Positions 41,849 through 50,742 of a stretch of DNA of 64,000 nucleotides are shown piece after piece; position 1 is the first letter of the stretch; every line of letters begins with the position of its first letter. The notes under the pieces were generated by a model. It was not told the DNA's origin, searched no databases, and saw only the letters and a program-made list of their open reading frames with translations. The translations under genes and the position numbers were made by a program. This DNA is from Azolla caroliniana (Eukaryota; Plantae; Polypodiophyta), in contig JBHGNT010000008.1 of the NCBI GenBank assembly GCA_043228905.1, positions 13,082,001-13,146,000 on the forward strand, given 5' to 3'.

Positions 41849-42349
41849 TGTACCCGGAGAGAGATCCAGATGCGGGGACATATTTGTGAATATGTTTGCC
41901 AAGGGCCCTTGAGGCTATACTTGTAAATAGCCCGAAAGTCATATGTGTATAAATATGACTTAGGGCAAACAGTTTTGTGTTGTTGCTCATTTTCTGTTTT
42001 CCACTTAGAGGGAGCGAAGTGAGAGCAGCCGAGAGAGAGAGAGAGAGAGAGAAACGAGGAGGTCGTTGCCTCTGTGTATTACCGCCGCCTGTGGCGAAGA
42101 CAGTGAGCTCAAGGTTGTTGCCTTGAAGCTTCACCATTGTACATCTCTGTTCATAGTGATAGTTGGAGTTTGAGGACTCCCGTGGTTTTTCCCATTTAGG
42201 GTTTTCCACGTAAAATATCCTGTGTACTCTTCTCTCTATTGTCTTCGTGTACTTTGTATTTCCTATTTTCTGTGAGTTGATCCTATTCCTCGGTTGTGGC
42301 CGAGCACCGTGTGCAACAAACTGGTATCAGAGCACGGTTAACACAGAAA

Positions 42350-45300
42350 ATGGAAGGCGGCAGTAGTGGGCCTCCGGGCATGATGGTGTTGAACTCACAG
42401 AACTACGCCGACTGGAAGATAAAGATGGAAGACCTTCTCATCGTCCGAGACCTGTACGAACCGATCGACAATGCCGAGATACCCAAGGGGGTAATAGAGT
42501 CGGAGTGGAAGCTCCTGAACCGGAAAGCCGTAGCGACGATCCGGCAATATGTAGATGTAAGTGTTCTGCAACATGTGGCGAACGACACCAACGCATATGA
42601 GATGTGGAAGAAGCTGTCGGGCCTCTACGAGAGGAAGAATGCGTTGAACCGGACCTCCCTGATGAGGAAGATAGTGAACCTCAAGTACCGGGACGGCGAG
42701 AGTATGGTGGAACACGTAAGCACGTTCATGGGATTCGTGAACCAGCTTGCGGCGATCAAGTTCCCGTTGGAGGATGCAATGCAAGCCATCATCCTGATGT
42801 GTACATTGCCGGAAAGCTGGGAGAACTTGGTGGTGACTCTCAGCACCTCCTGCACCGAAGAAAACTTGTCTCTACAAACGGTAAAGACAAGCATTTTGAA
42901 CGAAGAAGCGCGTCGGAGAGATAAAGAACCGGTTTCCGATCCGAAGATGCTGCTTACCGAATCGGATCGGGGAAGACAATGGAACCGGAGTCCGCAAAGA
43001 CGGGAGAAGTCTGGGACCCGGTCGCAGTCAAGAGGAAGGCCCACATGCTTCCACTGTGGGAAGCCGGGGCACTTCCGGAAGAATTGTCGGCATTACCGAA
43101 AGGACAACGGAGCCGACGACACCGATTCGAAGAAGTCACCGGAGAGAAACGGTGCATACCGGGGAGCCACGGACCGGAGAGGTCCGGATCGGCGAGGGCA
43201 GGACCGGAAAGGAACGACGGCACTCGCGGCAAGTGAGGAAGAAATCATGCTCATCACCGAAGAAGGTGAACTAAACATTGCCGGCGATGAGACGACCTGG
43301 GTGGTCGATTCCGGAGCGTCGTTCCACCTGACCCCGGAGAAGAAATACTTCTCATCCTACACAGCCGGTGAGCACGGCTGTGTCCGGATGGGAAATGAAG
43401 GTACGTGCCGGATTGCCGGCATAGGAGACGTGTGGCTGATGACATCAACCGGATGCAAAATGCTGCTGAAGGATGTCCGACACGTTCCGGAGGTTCGATT
43501 GAACCTGATTTCGGCCGGGAGGCTAGACGATGAAGGCTACACAGGTAGCATCCGGAACGGCGTAATGAAGTTCAGCAAGGGGAGCTTGATAGTGGCTCGG
43601 GCCCGGAAGGTCAACACACTGTACCTAATGAATTCCCGGCTATGTCCGGAGGAGCTGAACGTGGCAGCCGACACTGCCGGTGAGCTGTGGCACAAGAGAC
43701 TGTGCCACATGAGTGAGAAGGGGATGAAGAGGCTTGCAGAAGACAACCTTATTCCAGTGAAGCATGTGCACCTGGAGAAGTGCACCGACTGCCTGGCCGG
43801 TAAGCAAAACCGGACCTCCTTCCACTCAAGGCCACCGACGAGACGTAGCGCACCATTGGAGCCGGTGCACACTGACGTGTGTCAAGTAGAAACGAAGTCA
43901 CATGGCGGAGCCCAGTACTTCGTGACATTCATTGATGACCACAGCCGGAAGCTGTGGACGGCACCGTTGAAGACAAAGGACCAAGTGTTGTGCGTCTTCA
44001 AAGAACTTCACGCGAGAGTGGAAAGGGAATCCGGCAAGAAGCTGAAAGCGATACGAGCGGATAACGGAGGGGAATACCGGGGGCAGTTCCAGGAGTACTG
44101 TCGCTCGAAGGGAATCCGGCTCGAGTTTACTGTGCCGAAGACGCCGGAACTGAACGGGCTGGCCGAGAGGATGAACCGGACCATAATGGAGAGGGTCCGG
44201 AGTATGCTGGCGCATGCGAAATTACCCAAGGGATTTTGGGCTGAGGCAATGTCAACGGCGACGTACGTGATAAACAGATCACCCTCAGTACCTTTGGACG
44301 GAGACACGCCGCAGAGAGTGTGGACCGGTAGGGAAGTATCCTACCGGCATCTGAAGGTGTTCGGGTGTCTCGCATACGTGCATGTGGCAAAGGACCGGAG
44401 AGGAAAGCTAGATCCAAAGACCCGGCCATGCATATTCCTCGGTTACGGCGATGACGAGTTCGGCTACCGAGTATGGGACCCGGTCGACAAGAAGATATTC
44501 CGGAGTCGTGATATCATCTTCATGGAGAACAAGACACTCGCCGACTGGGAGTCGGAGAAGAAGATGAAGAGCTCCAAGTCGACCGGTGAGGATAAACTCT
44601 ACGAGGAGCAGTCCCGACTGGCAAGGGACCGGTTAACACTCGAAGATCCGGCCGAAGACGGTGAAGAAACAGAACCGGCCGAAGAAGATGAAAAAGATAC
44701 CGGAACCGGCCCCGATCCCGAAATGGATTCGGATGAAGACGAATCGGAAGAACCGGTTACCGAAGCTCCGGAACGGAGATATCCTCTAAGAGAGAGAAGG
44801 GCCCCCCGGAGATTTCCGGAACCAGAGCACGTGCTGCTAACCGACGAGGGGGAGCCGGAGAGCTTTGAAGAAGCGAAGCATGACACCCATAGCCGCAGGT
44901 GGTTAAGTGCCATGCAGGAGGAGATGGATTCCCTGCATGAGAACCACACATATGAACTTGTGGAGTTGCCGAAAGGAAAACGGGCACTCCGTAACAAGTG
45001 GGTGTTCAAGCTGAAACCGGGAGATGCCGGAAACCCCCCAAGATACAAAGCCAGGATCGTGGTGAAGGGGTTCCAGCAGAAGAAGGGCGTCGACTTCGAC
45101 GAGATATTTGCCCCGGTAGTGAAGATGACCTCCATCCGGACGGTGCTGAGCATAGCGGCAAGCATGGACCTCGAGGCAGAACAGATGGACGTGAAGACGG
45201 CATTCCTTCACGGTGACCTCGAAGAAGAGATCTACATGCAGCAACCGGAAGGATTCGAGAAGAAAGGGAAGGAGCACCTGGTATGCCGGTTGAAGAAGAG

Positions 45301-46423
45301 CCTTTACGGACTGAAGCAGGCTCCCCGGCAATGGTACCGGAAGTTCGACTCCTTCATGACCAACGAAGGGTACCACAAAACGCAGTCCGATCACTGCGAG
45401 TTTGTGAAGAAGTTCGAAGGAGGAGACTCTCTAATACTCCTCCTGTACGTGGACGACATGTTGATCGTCGGACGGGACCAGGGCAAGATACGGATGCTGA
45501 AGAAAGCACTTCACCGAACCTTCTCAATGAAGGACCTGGGTCCGGCGAGGCAAATACTAGGGATGCACATCATCCGAGACCGGAAGAAGAAGCAGTTGTG
45601 GCTGTCACAGGAGAAGTACGTGACAAAGGTGCTTCACCGGTTCAACATGTCGGAAGCAAGACCGGTCGGGTCAACACTCCCGACAAACTGCAAGCTGTCC
45701 AGCAAGCAAAGCCCCAAGACAAAGGCTGAGAAGGAGGACATGATGAAAGTACCATATGCCTCTGCCGTCGGGAGCTTGATGTACGCAATGGTGTGTACCC
45801 GACCGGACATAGGATATGCAGTCGGAGTGGTGAGCCGGTACATGAGCAATCCCGGCAAAGAGCATTGGAACGCGGCCAAGTGGATACTCCGATACCTGAA
45901 GGGCACGGCAAACGTGTGCCTCCGATTCGGATCCGGTAAGCCCGAACTCGACGGCTTCACCGATTCGGATATGTCGGCTGATGCAGATACCAGCCGGTCC
46001 ACATCAGGGTATGTGATGACGTATGCAGGGGGAGCTATTTCCTGGCAGTCGAGGCTGCAGAAGACGGTTGCGTTGTCAACCACGGAGGCGGAGTACATGG
46101 CGGCTGTTGAAGCCAGCAAGGAAATAATATGGATGAAGGACTTCATTAGAGAGCTCGGTATCCGACAGGAGGAGTACCGACTCTACTGCGACAGTCAGAG
46201 TGCCATCCACCTTGCAAAGAACGCGGCCTATCACTCCCGGACGAAGCACATCCAGCGAAGATATCACTGGATCCGGGAAAGGATAGAAGACCAGGAGTTC
46301 GTGCTGACGAAGATCCACACGGACGAGAACGGCTCAGATATGCTGACCAAAGTGCTCACACCCGACAAGCTGGAAGCATGCCGGAAGAGGATCGGATTGG
46401 AGAGACATCCCATGCCGAAGTGA
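42350..46423 (+). CDS. Copia gag-pol polyprotein, about 1357 aa
   Basis: Uninterrupted ORF with CFHCGKPGHFRKNC, WVVDSGAS, WHKRLCH, VHTDV/ADNGGEY, LYVDDML and FTDSDMSA. Confidence 0.96.
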   Translation: MEGGSSGPPGMMVLNSQNYADWKIKMEDLLIVRDLYEPIDNAEIPKGVIESEWKLLNRKAVATIRQYVDVSVLQHVANDTNAYEMWKKLSGLYERKNALNRTSLMRKIVNLKYRDGESMVEHVSTFMGFVNQLAAIKFPLEDAMQAIILMCTLPESWENLVVTLSTSCTEENLSLQTVKTSILNEEARRRDKEPVSDPKMLLTESDRGRQWNRSPQRREKSGTRSQSRGRPTCFHCGKPGHFRKNCRHYRKDNGADDTDSKKSPERNGAYRGATDRRGPDRRGQDRKGTTALAASEEEIMLITEEGELNIAGDETTWVVDSGASFHLTPEKKYFSSYTAGEHGCVRMGNEGTCRIAGIGDVWLMTSTGCKMLLKDVRHVPEVRLNLISAGRLDDEGYTGSIRNGVMKFSKGSLIVARARKVNTLYLMNSRLCPEELNVAADTAGELWHKRLCHMSEKGMKRLAEDNLIPVKHVHLEKCTDCLAGKQNRTSFHSRPPTRRSAPLEPVHTDVCQVETKSHGGAQYFVTFIDDHSRKLWTAPLKTKDQVLCVFKELHARVERESGKKLKAIRADNGGEYRGQFQEYCRSKGIRLEFTVPKTPELNGLAERMNRTIMERVRSMLAHAKLPKGFWAEAMSTATYVINRSPSVPLDGDTPQRVWTGREVSYRHLKVFGCLAYVHVAKDRRGKLDPKTRPCIFLGYGDDEFGYRVWDPVDKKIFRSRDIIFMENKTLADWESEKKMKSSKSTGEDKLYEEQSRLARDRLTLEDPAEDGEETEPAEEDEKDTGTGPDPEMDSDEDESEEPVTEAPERRYPLRERRAPRRFPEPEHVLLTDEGEPESFEEAKHDTHSRRWLSAMQEEMDSLHENHTYELVELPKGKRALRNKWVFKLKPGDAGNPPRYKARIVVKGFQQKKGVDFDEIFAPVVKMTSIRTVLSIAASMDLEAEQMDVKTAFLHGDLEEEIYMQQPEGFEKKGKEHLVCRLKKSLYGLKQAPRQWYRKFDSFMTNEGYHKTQSDHCEFVKKFEGGDSLILLLYVDDMLIVGRDQGKIRMLKKALHRTFSMKDLGPARQILGMHIIRDRKKKQLWLSQEKYVTKVLHRFNMSEARPVGSTLPTNCKLSSKQSPKTKAEKEDMMKVPYASAVGSLMYAMVCTRPDIGYAVGVVSRYMSNPGKEHWNAAKWILRYLKGTANVCLRFGSGKPELDGFTDSDMSADADTSRSTSGYVMTYAGGAISWQSRLQKTVALSTTEAEYMAAVEASKEIIWMKDFIRELGIRQEEYRLYCDSQSAIHLAKNAAYHSRTKHIQRRYHWIRERIEDQEFVLTKIHTDENGSDMLTKVLTPDKLEACRKRIGLERHPMPK

Positions 46424-49314
46424 AGGGGGAGTTTGTTGGGATTTCGGTCCCTCCGGATGGGATGTTCGGAGATGAATGACGGCAAGCCCGGTTGAGGTTA
46501 CAGAGCCGGATGATGAAGACCCCGGTTACGGAGCCGGATGATGAAGACCCTGGCTACGGAGCCGGATGATGAAGACCCCGGTTACGGAGCCGGATGATGA
46601 AGACCCCGGTTACGGAGCCGGATGACGAAGACCCCGGCTACGGAGCCGGATGATGAATGTACCCGGACAGAGATCCGGATGCGGGGACATATTTGTGAAT
46701 ATGTTTGCCAAGGGCCCTTGAGGCTATACTTGTAAATAGCCCGAAAGTCATATGTGTATAAATATGACTTAGGGCAAACAGTTTTGTGTTGTTGCTCATT
46801 TTCTGTTTTCCACTTAGAGGGAGCGAAGTGAGAGCAGCCGAGAGAGAGAGAGAGAGAGAGAGAAACGAGGAGGTCGTTGCCTCTGTGTATTACCGCCGCC
46901 TGTGGCGAAGACAGTGAGCTCAAGGTTGTTGCCTTGAAGCTTCACCATTGTACATCTCTGTTCATAGTGATAGTTGGAGTTTGAGGACTCCCGTGGTTTT
47001 TCCCATTTAGGGTTTTCCACGTAAAATATCATGTGTACTCTTCTCTCTATTGTCTTCGTGTACTTTGTATTTCCTATTTTCTGTGAGTTGATCCTATTCC
47101 TCGGTTGTGGCCGAGCACCGTGTGCAACAATCCGCATAGAGCAAGATACGAACCTGCGTATCCCCAAGGACCACTCCGGTGCCTCCCTCACGAGCAATAA
47201 AATCTGTGATCTCATCAATGTAGATCCCAAAAAGCGTCGGTGATAGGGGGCAACCTTGTTTTACACCAATAGTGCTAGTGAAACGATTGGATAGGCCACC
47301 TGGGCATCGGACACACCCGGACACTTGTTCATATAGTGCGTAGATGGCCCATACCATATCATCTGGTATCCTCAAGCTTTTAAGTCTATCAGACAACCGA
47401 TCTCTAGGGACTGTGTCAAAGGCTTTGCGGAAGTCCACAAAACAACAATATAATCTCTTCTTGCGAGCCCTAGTTTGGTCAATTAGGCATCTAAGTGTGA
47501 AGATGTGATCAATAGTGGAGAAGGCTCGTCTAAAGCCAGCTTGTTCAGGTGCACGAAGGTTTAGGGTCTCCATGTAGTCGCTAAGCTCTGCTTACTACAC
47601 CATATAACTTAGCAAGGGTATGGCCTATCATAATGGTCCTATATGTATTTGGGTCCATGGGGTCCCCCCCTTTATGTATGGGGGTCACTGTATTCATAGT
47701 CCACTGTGGTGGAAAACCCTCCGCAAGGGCACGATTGAAGATTAGAGTTAGCAAGGGAGCTAGGCACTCTCTCGCATATATAATGTGTTCTGCTCGCAAT
47801 CCTGTGTGGTCCATGGACTTCCTATGTTGTAATTTCTTTATGACCTTCATGACCCTAGAGGTCGTGAAAAGTGTCCCCGTGGTAGGCCGGGGTGTGGAAG
47901 GCATTGGAAAAGGTGGTTGGTTTGGGATTTGGTAAAGTCTCTCTGTATATGTGTGCCAAGTTTCGGGATCTTCGATGGGTGTTTGTGGTCTTGGCTCTCG
48001 TAGTCTCTTCCATGCCGTGGCGCAATCGCTACTCATGAGCATATGGTAGAGTTCCCAGTATTGGGATGCCTCCCACGCTCGTCTCTTACGACGTGTCATC
48101 TTACGCATTTCTTTGCGAGCTTGTGTGGAGGTAATACTACCATTGAGTTGTGATACTGTAAGTTGTCTATGTAGGTCCCTACAATCCTCGTCATACCATT
48201 TATTTTGTGGCATTGATCCTGATCTACCTTGATTTGAGTGTTTTGTATATAGGAAACTGCTAGCTGTTGCGGAGTGAAGGATGTGTGTGAGTTTTGTACT
48301 AAGGCTTTCTAACGGTAGAGAGGGATCAATGGAGGGGAGATGGGCCTGAACATGTTGAGAGTATATGTCAGAGAGCTCATGTGTGAAATGTATTGTGGTG
48401 TGATGGCATGGTTGACTAGACTTGGTGACCTTAGAGATATCACATTTTAGCTCGAAGTATAAGAAGCTATGGTCTGCGCCAATAGGGCATGGGGCCACTC
48501 GGAAGGAGTTAATCATGTGGGTAGCTTCCGAGCGCCCTATTAGATAGTCAACTGTGCTTTCCCCTCCTCCATGTGGGAAACATGTGAGCTCTTCCGAGCC
48601 CGGCCACTTAGCTAAACCATTATATATGACCATCTGGTGCCGACTGCCAAGTTCGAGCAGATGATGGCCAAAGCTCGTGGCGTCCGCACCTTGATCCTTT
48701 GATCTACGTGTGGTGCCTATGTCTAAAGGATCAACATTTACCATTTCTAGGTTTCTATTCATCTGAAATACTGTGCATTGTCGGGATTGGGTTCTCTCAT
48801 TGAAGTCTCCTACAAGAAATACTTCTCCTTGGGAAGAATATCGGATTATGTCATCCGATAGGGGTTCGTATGGAGAAGGCCCATGTGGCATTCCTTCATC
48901 GACTAATCTCGTCAAGCCACTAATATTATAACGGGATCCTTTTGGGGGAAAGTAACAAATGGCGAAAAATACTGCATGGTCTTTGCTTGTGGAGACTTTC
49001 ACCCACATAAAACGAGCTTCTGGGTCTATCTTCATTATTTCTATCCTATTATGTAGCTCTCTACGAAATAGTATCGCAACACCTCCAGATCCCCTAGTAG
49101 TGTGTCGACATGAGGTTTGTCTAAAAGCGGACTCCCAACGGAATCCTTCGACCCGTGGGAGTCCTCTATTTGGGCTCTGATGTGTTTCTACCAAGAAAAG
49201 TATATCAGATACCTTTAGTATCTCCTCTAGGCAGCCGGGGTGTGCCCAGAGTGCGCCATTACAATTCCATAGGGTCATCCTAAGTGCATTTTCTGTCACA
49301 TGGGCCACACGCCG

Positions 49315-50127
49315 TCAGTTAGTAGTGCGATCATTTATGATCACTCGCCCGTCTCGGTAAAAGGCGCGATGGCCTTCTTTACGAGCTTGCATAACTCGTG
49401 GCATACAACTCTTGCGATGCTCAATTTGCATCTTAGTGAGGTCTTCATCGAGATAGATGGGGTTCCCATCCATTCCTCGAAGGATTGGTCTCTTCTTAAA
49501 GAAAGTGATTCTAGAGTCTAAGTCTTTAAATTGAAGGACTAAGGCTCTCTTCCTAGTTGTGTCACGCCCGGCCCTCCATGCTTTGGTGATAGGTAGGGCC
49601 TCTGTGTACCCTAACATTTTCCCAGGTGTTTGTGCGTCCTCATTTGGGGATGCACCTTCCTTGAGCCTAGTGACACGTACATTTAAGCGTCGGGCCTGAC
49701 GCATTTTCTCTTCTTCAAGGGTGGTGTTAACAATATTTTCATCTTTTATTTCTTTTTTAATGTTTCTTTTAACCACATCTACCCAACCCGTTTTAGCTAA
49801 CTTTATGTTATTATTAACTTCCTCTTTAACTTTTTTAATTTCGTCCTTTATATCCTCTATAGAGGATATTTCACCGTCTTCTCGAGATACCTCGATGTCC
49901 TTAAGTTGTTTTTTAAGGTCGATGTTTTCTACTTTAAGTTGTTCTATTTCGGCCTTGAGGGCGTCTTTTTCCTCTCTATCTTTTTTCTTGTGGGTTTCGG
50001 TGTCTTTCACCCATTTTTTCATATCCATCTCTATTTTTGTTAAACGATTAAACATATCTAAAAAGTCCTCCTTACTTATAACCTCGTCTTGTATATCCTT
50101 AAGTTCCTTAGTTCGTCTAGACGTCAT
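49315..50127 (-). CDS. LINE ORF1 protein (coiled coil plus RRM-like/CTD), about 270 aa
   Basis: MTSRRTKELK start, heptad K/E-rich region, RRLNVRV and IYLDEDLTK; lies directly upstream of ORF2. Confidence 0.8.
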   Translation of the reverse strand: MTSRRTKELKDIQDEVISKEDFLDMFNRLTKIEMDMKKWVKDTETHKKKDREEKDALKAEIEQLKVENIDLKKQLKDIEVSREDGEISSIEDIKDEIKKVKEEVNNNIKLAKTGWVDVVKRNIKKEIKDENIVNTTLEEEKMRQARRLNVRVTRLKEGASPNEDAQTPGKMLGYTEALPITKAWRAGRDTTRKRALVLQFKDLDSRITFFKKRPILRGMDGNPIYLDEDLTKMQIEHRKSCMPRVMQARKEGHRAFYRDGRVIINDRTTN

Positions 50128-50628
50128 TGTGGTGTCAATAAGAAAAAAAAGGGTAAAATAAATGGGTTCGAGACTTAGCCGAGTTTGTGTGTGTGTCGCA
50201 ATCACATCGGCATTTTGTAGCACGGGACGAGCACACCAAAAGAACCCACCCACGAACTCGTCGAGAAAAAGGCACTTCACCACATCAAGAGAAAACGGAG
50301 AAGAAAACACCCCGTGACGGCGACGGTGACGGTGGCAGTCGTCAAACGACGGTAGACGACGGCAGCAGACGGCAGATGGTGGCAGCAGACGGCAGACGGC
50401 GGCAGCAGACGGCAGAAGACGGTAGACGACTGCACGGTGGCAGACGGCGACGGCCGCAGATAACGGCAGCGACGGTGACGGCGACGGCGACGACACTAGC
50501 CGGCGACAGAGAGAGACGAGGAAGCGAGCGAGAGAGAGAGAGAGCAGACGGCGACGGTTGCAGCGGCTGCAGACAACGGCTGCAGACGACGGCGACGGCG
50601 ACGACAACGACAGAGAGAGCCGTTAGAG

Positions 50629-50667
<39 letters not shown>

Positions 50668-50700
50668 GAGAGAGATGTCGATCCTAAACCCTAAACCGAG

Positions 50701-50742
<42 letters not shown>

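Larger units (their letters stand above)
41569..47129 (+). mobile_element. Intact young Ty1/copia element H inserted in the LINE RT
   Basis: LTRs 41569-42318 (750 bp) and 46434-47129 (696 bp), about 5 substitutions. TSD ATCCG; iMet PBS 42322-42333; PPT about 46422-46433. Confidence 0.97.
40016..49278 (-). pseudogene. LINE ORF2 (APE endonuclease, RT, C-terminal zinc finger), disrupted
   Basis: WNCNG, LVETH, GDFN, TVDY, ADH; QAGFR, FVDFRKAFD, GVKQGCPLSP, LYADD; ICRLC..EDEYHF..CPTY. One frameshift (about 47580), the H insertion, and one in-frame stop (40937). Confidence 0.9.

Noticed and set aside
42395-46485. Many antisense ORFs over H (likewise over B, F, K and L)
   Set aside because: Stop-poor shadows of polyprotein coding sequence with no independent motifs.
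50128-50607. N-terminal 160 aa of the 430-aa ORF
   Set aside because: Translation of the LINE's repetitive 5' UTR; ORF1 more plausibly starts at 50127.
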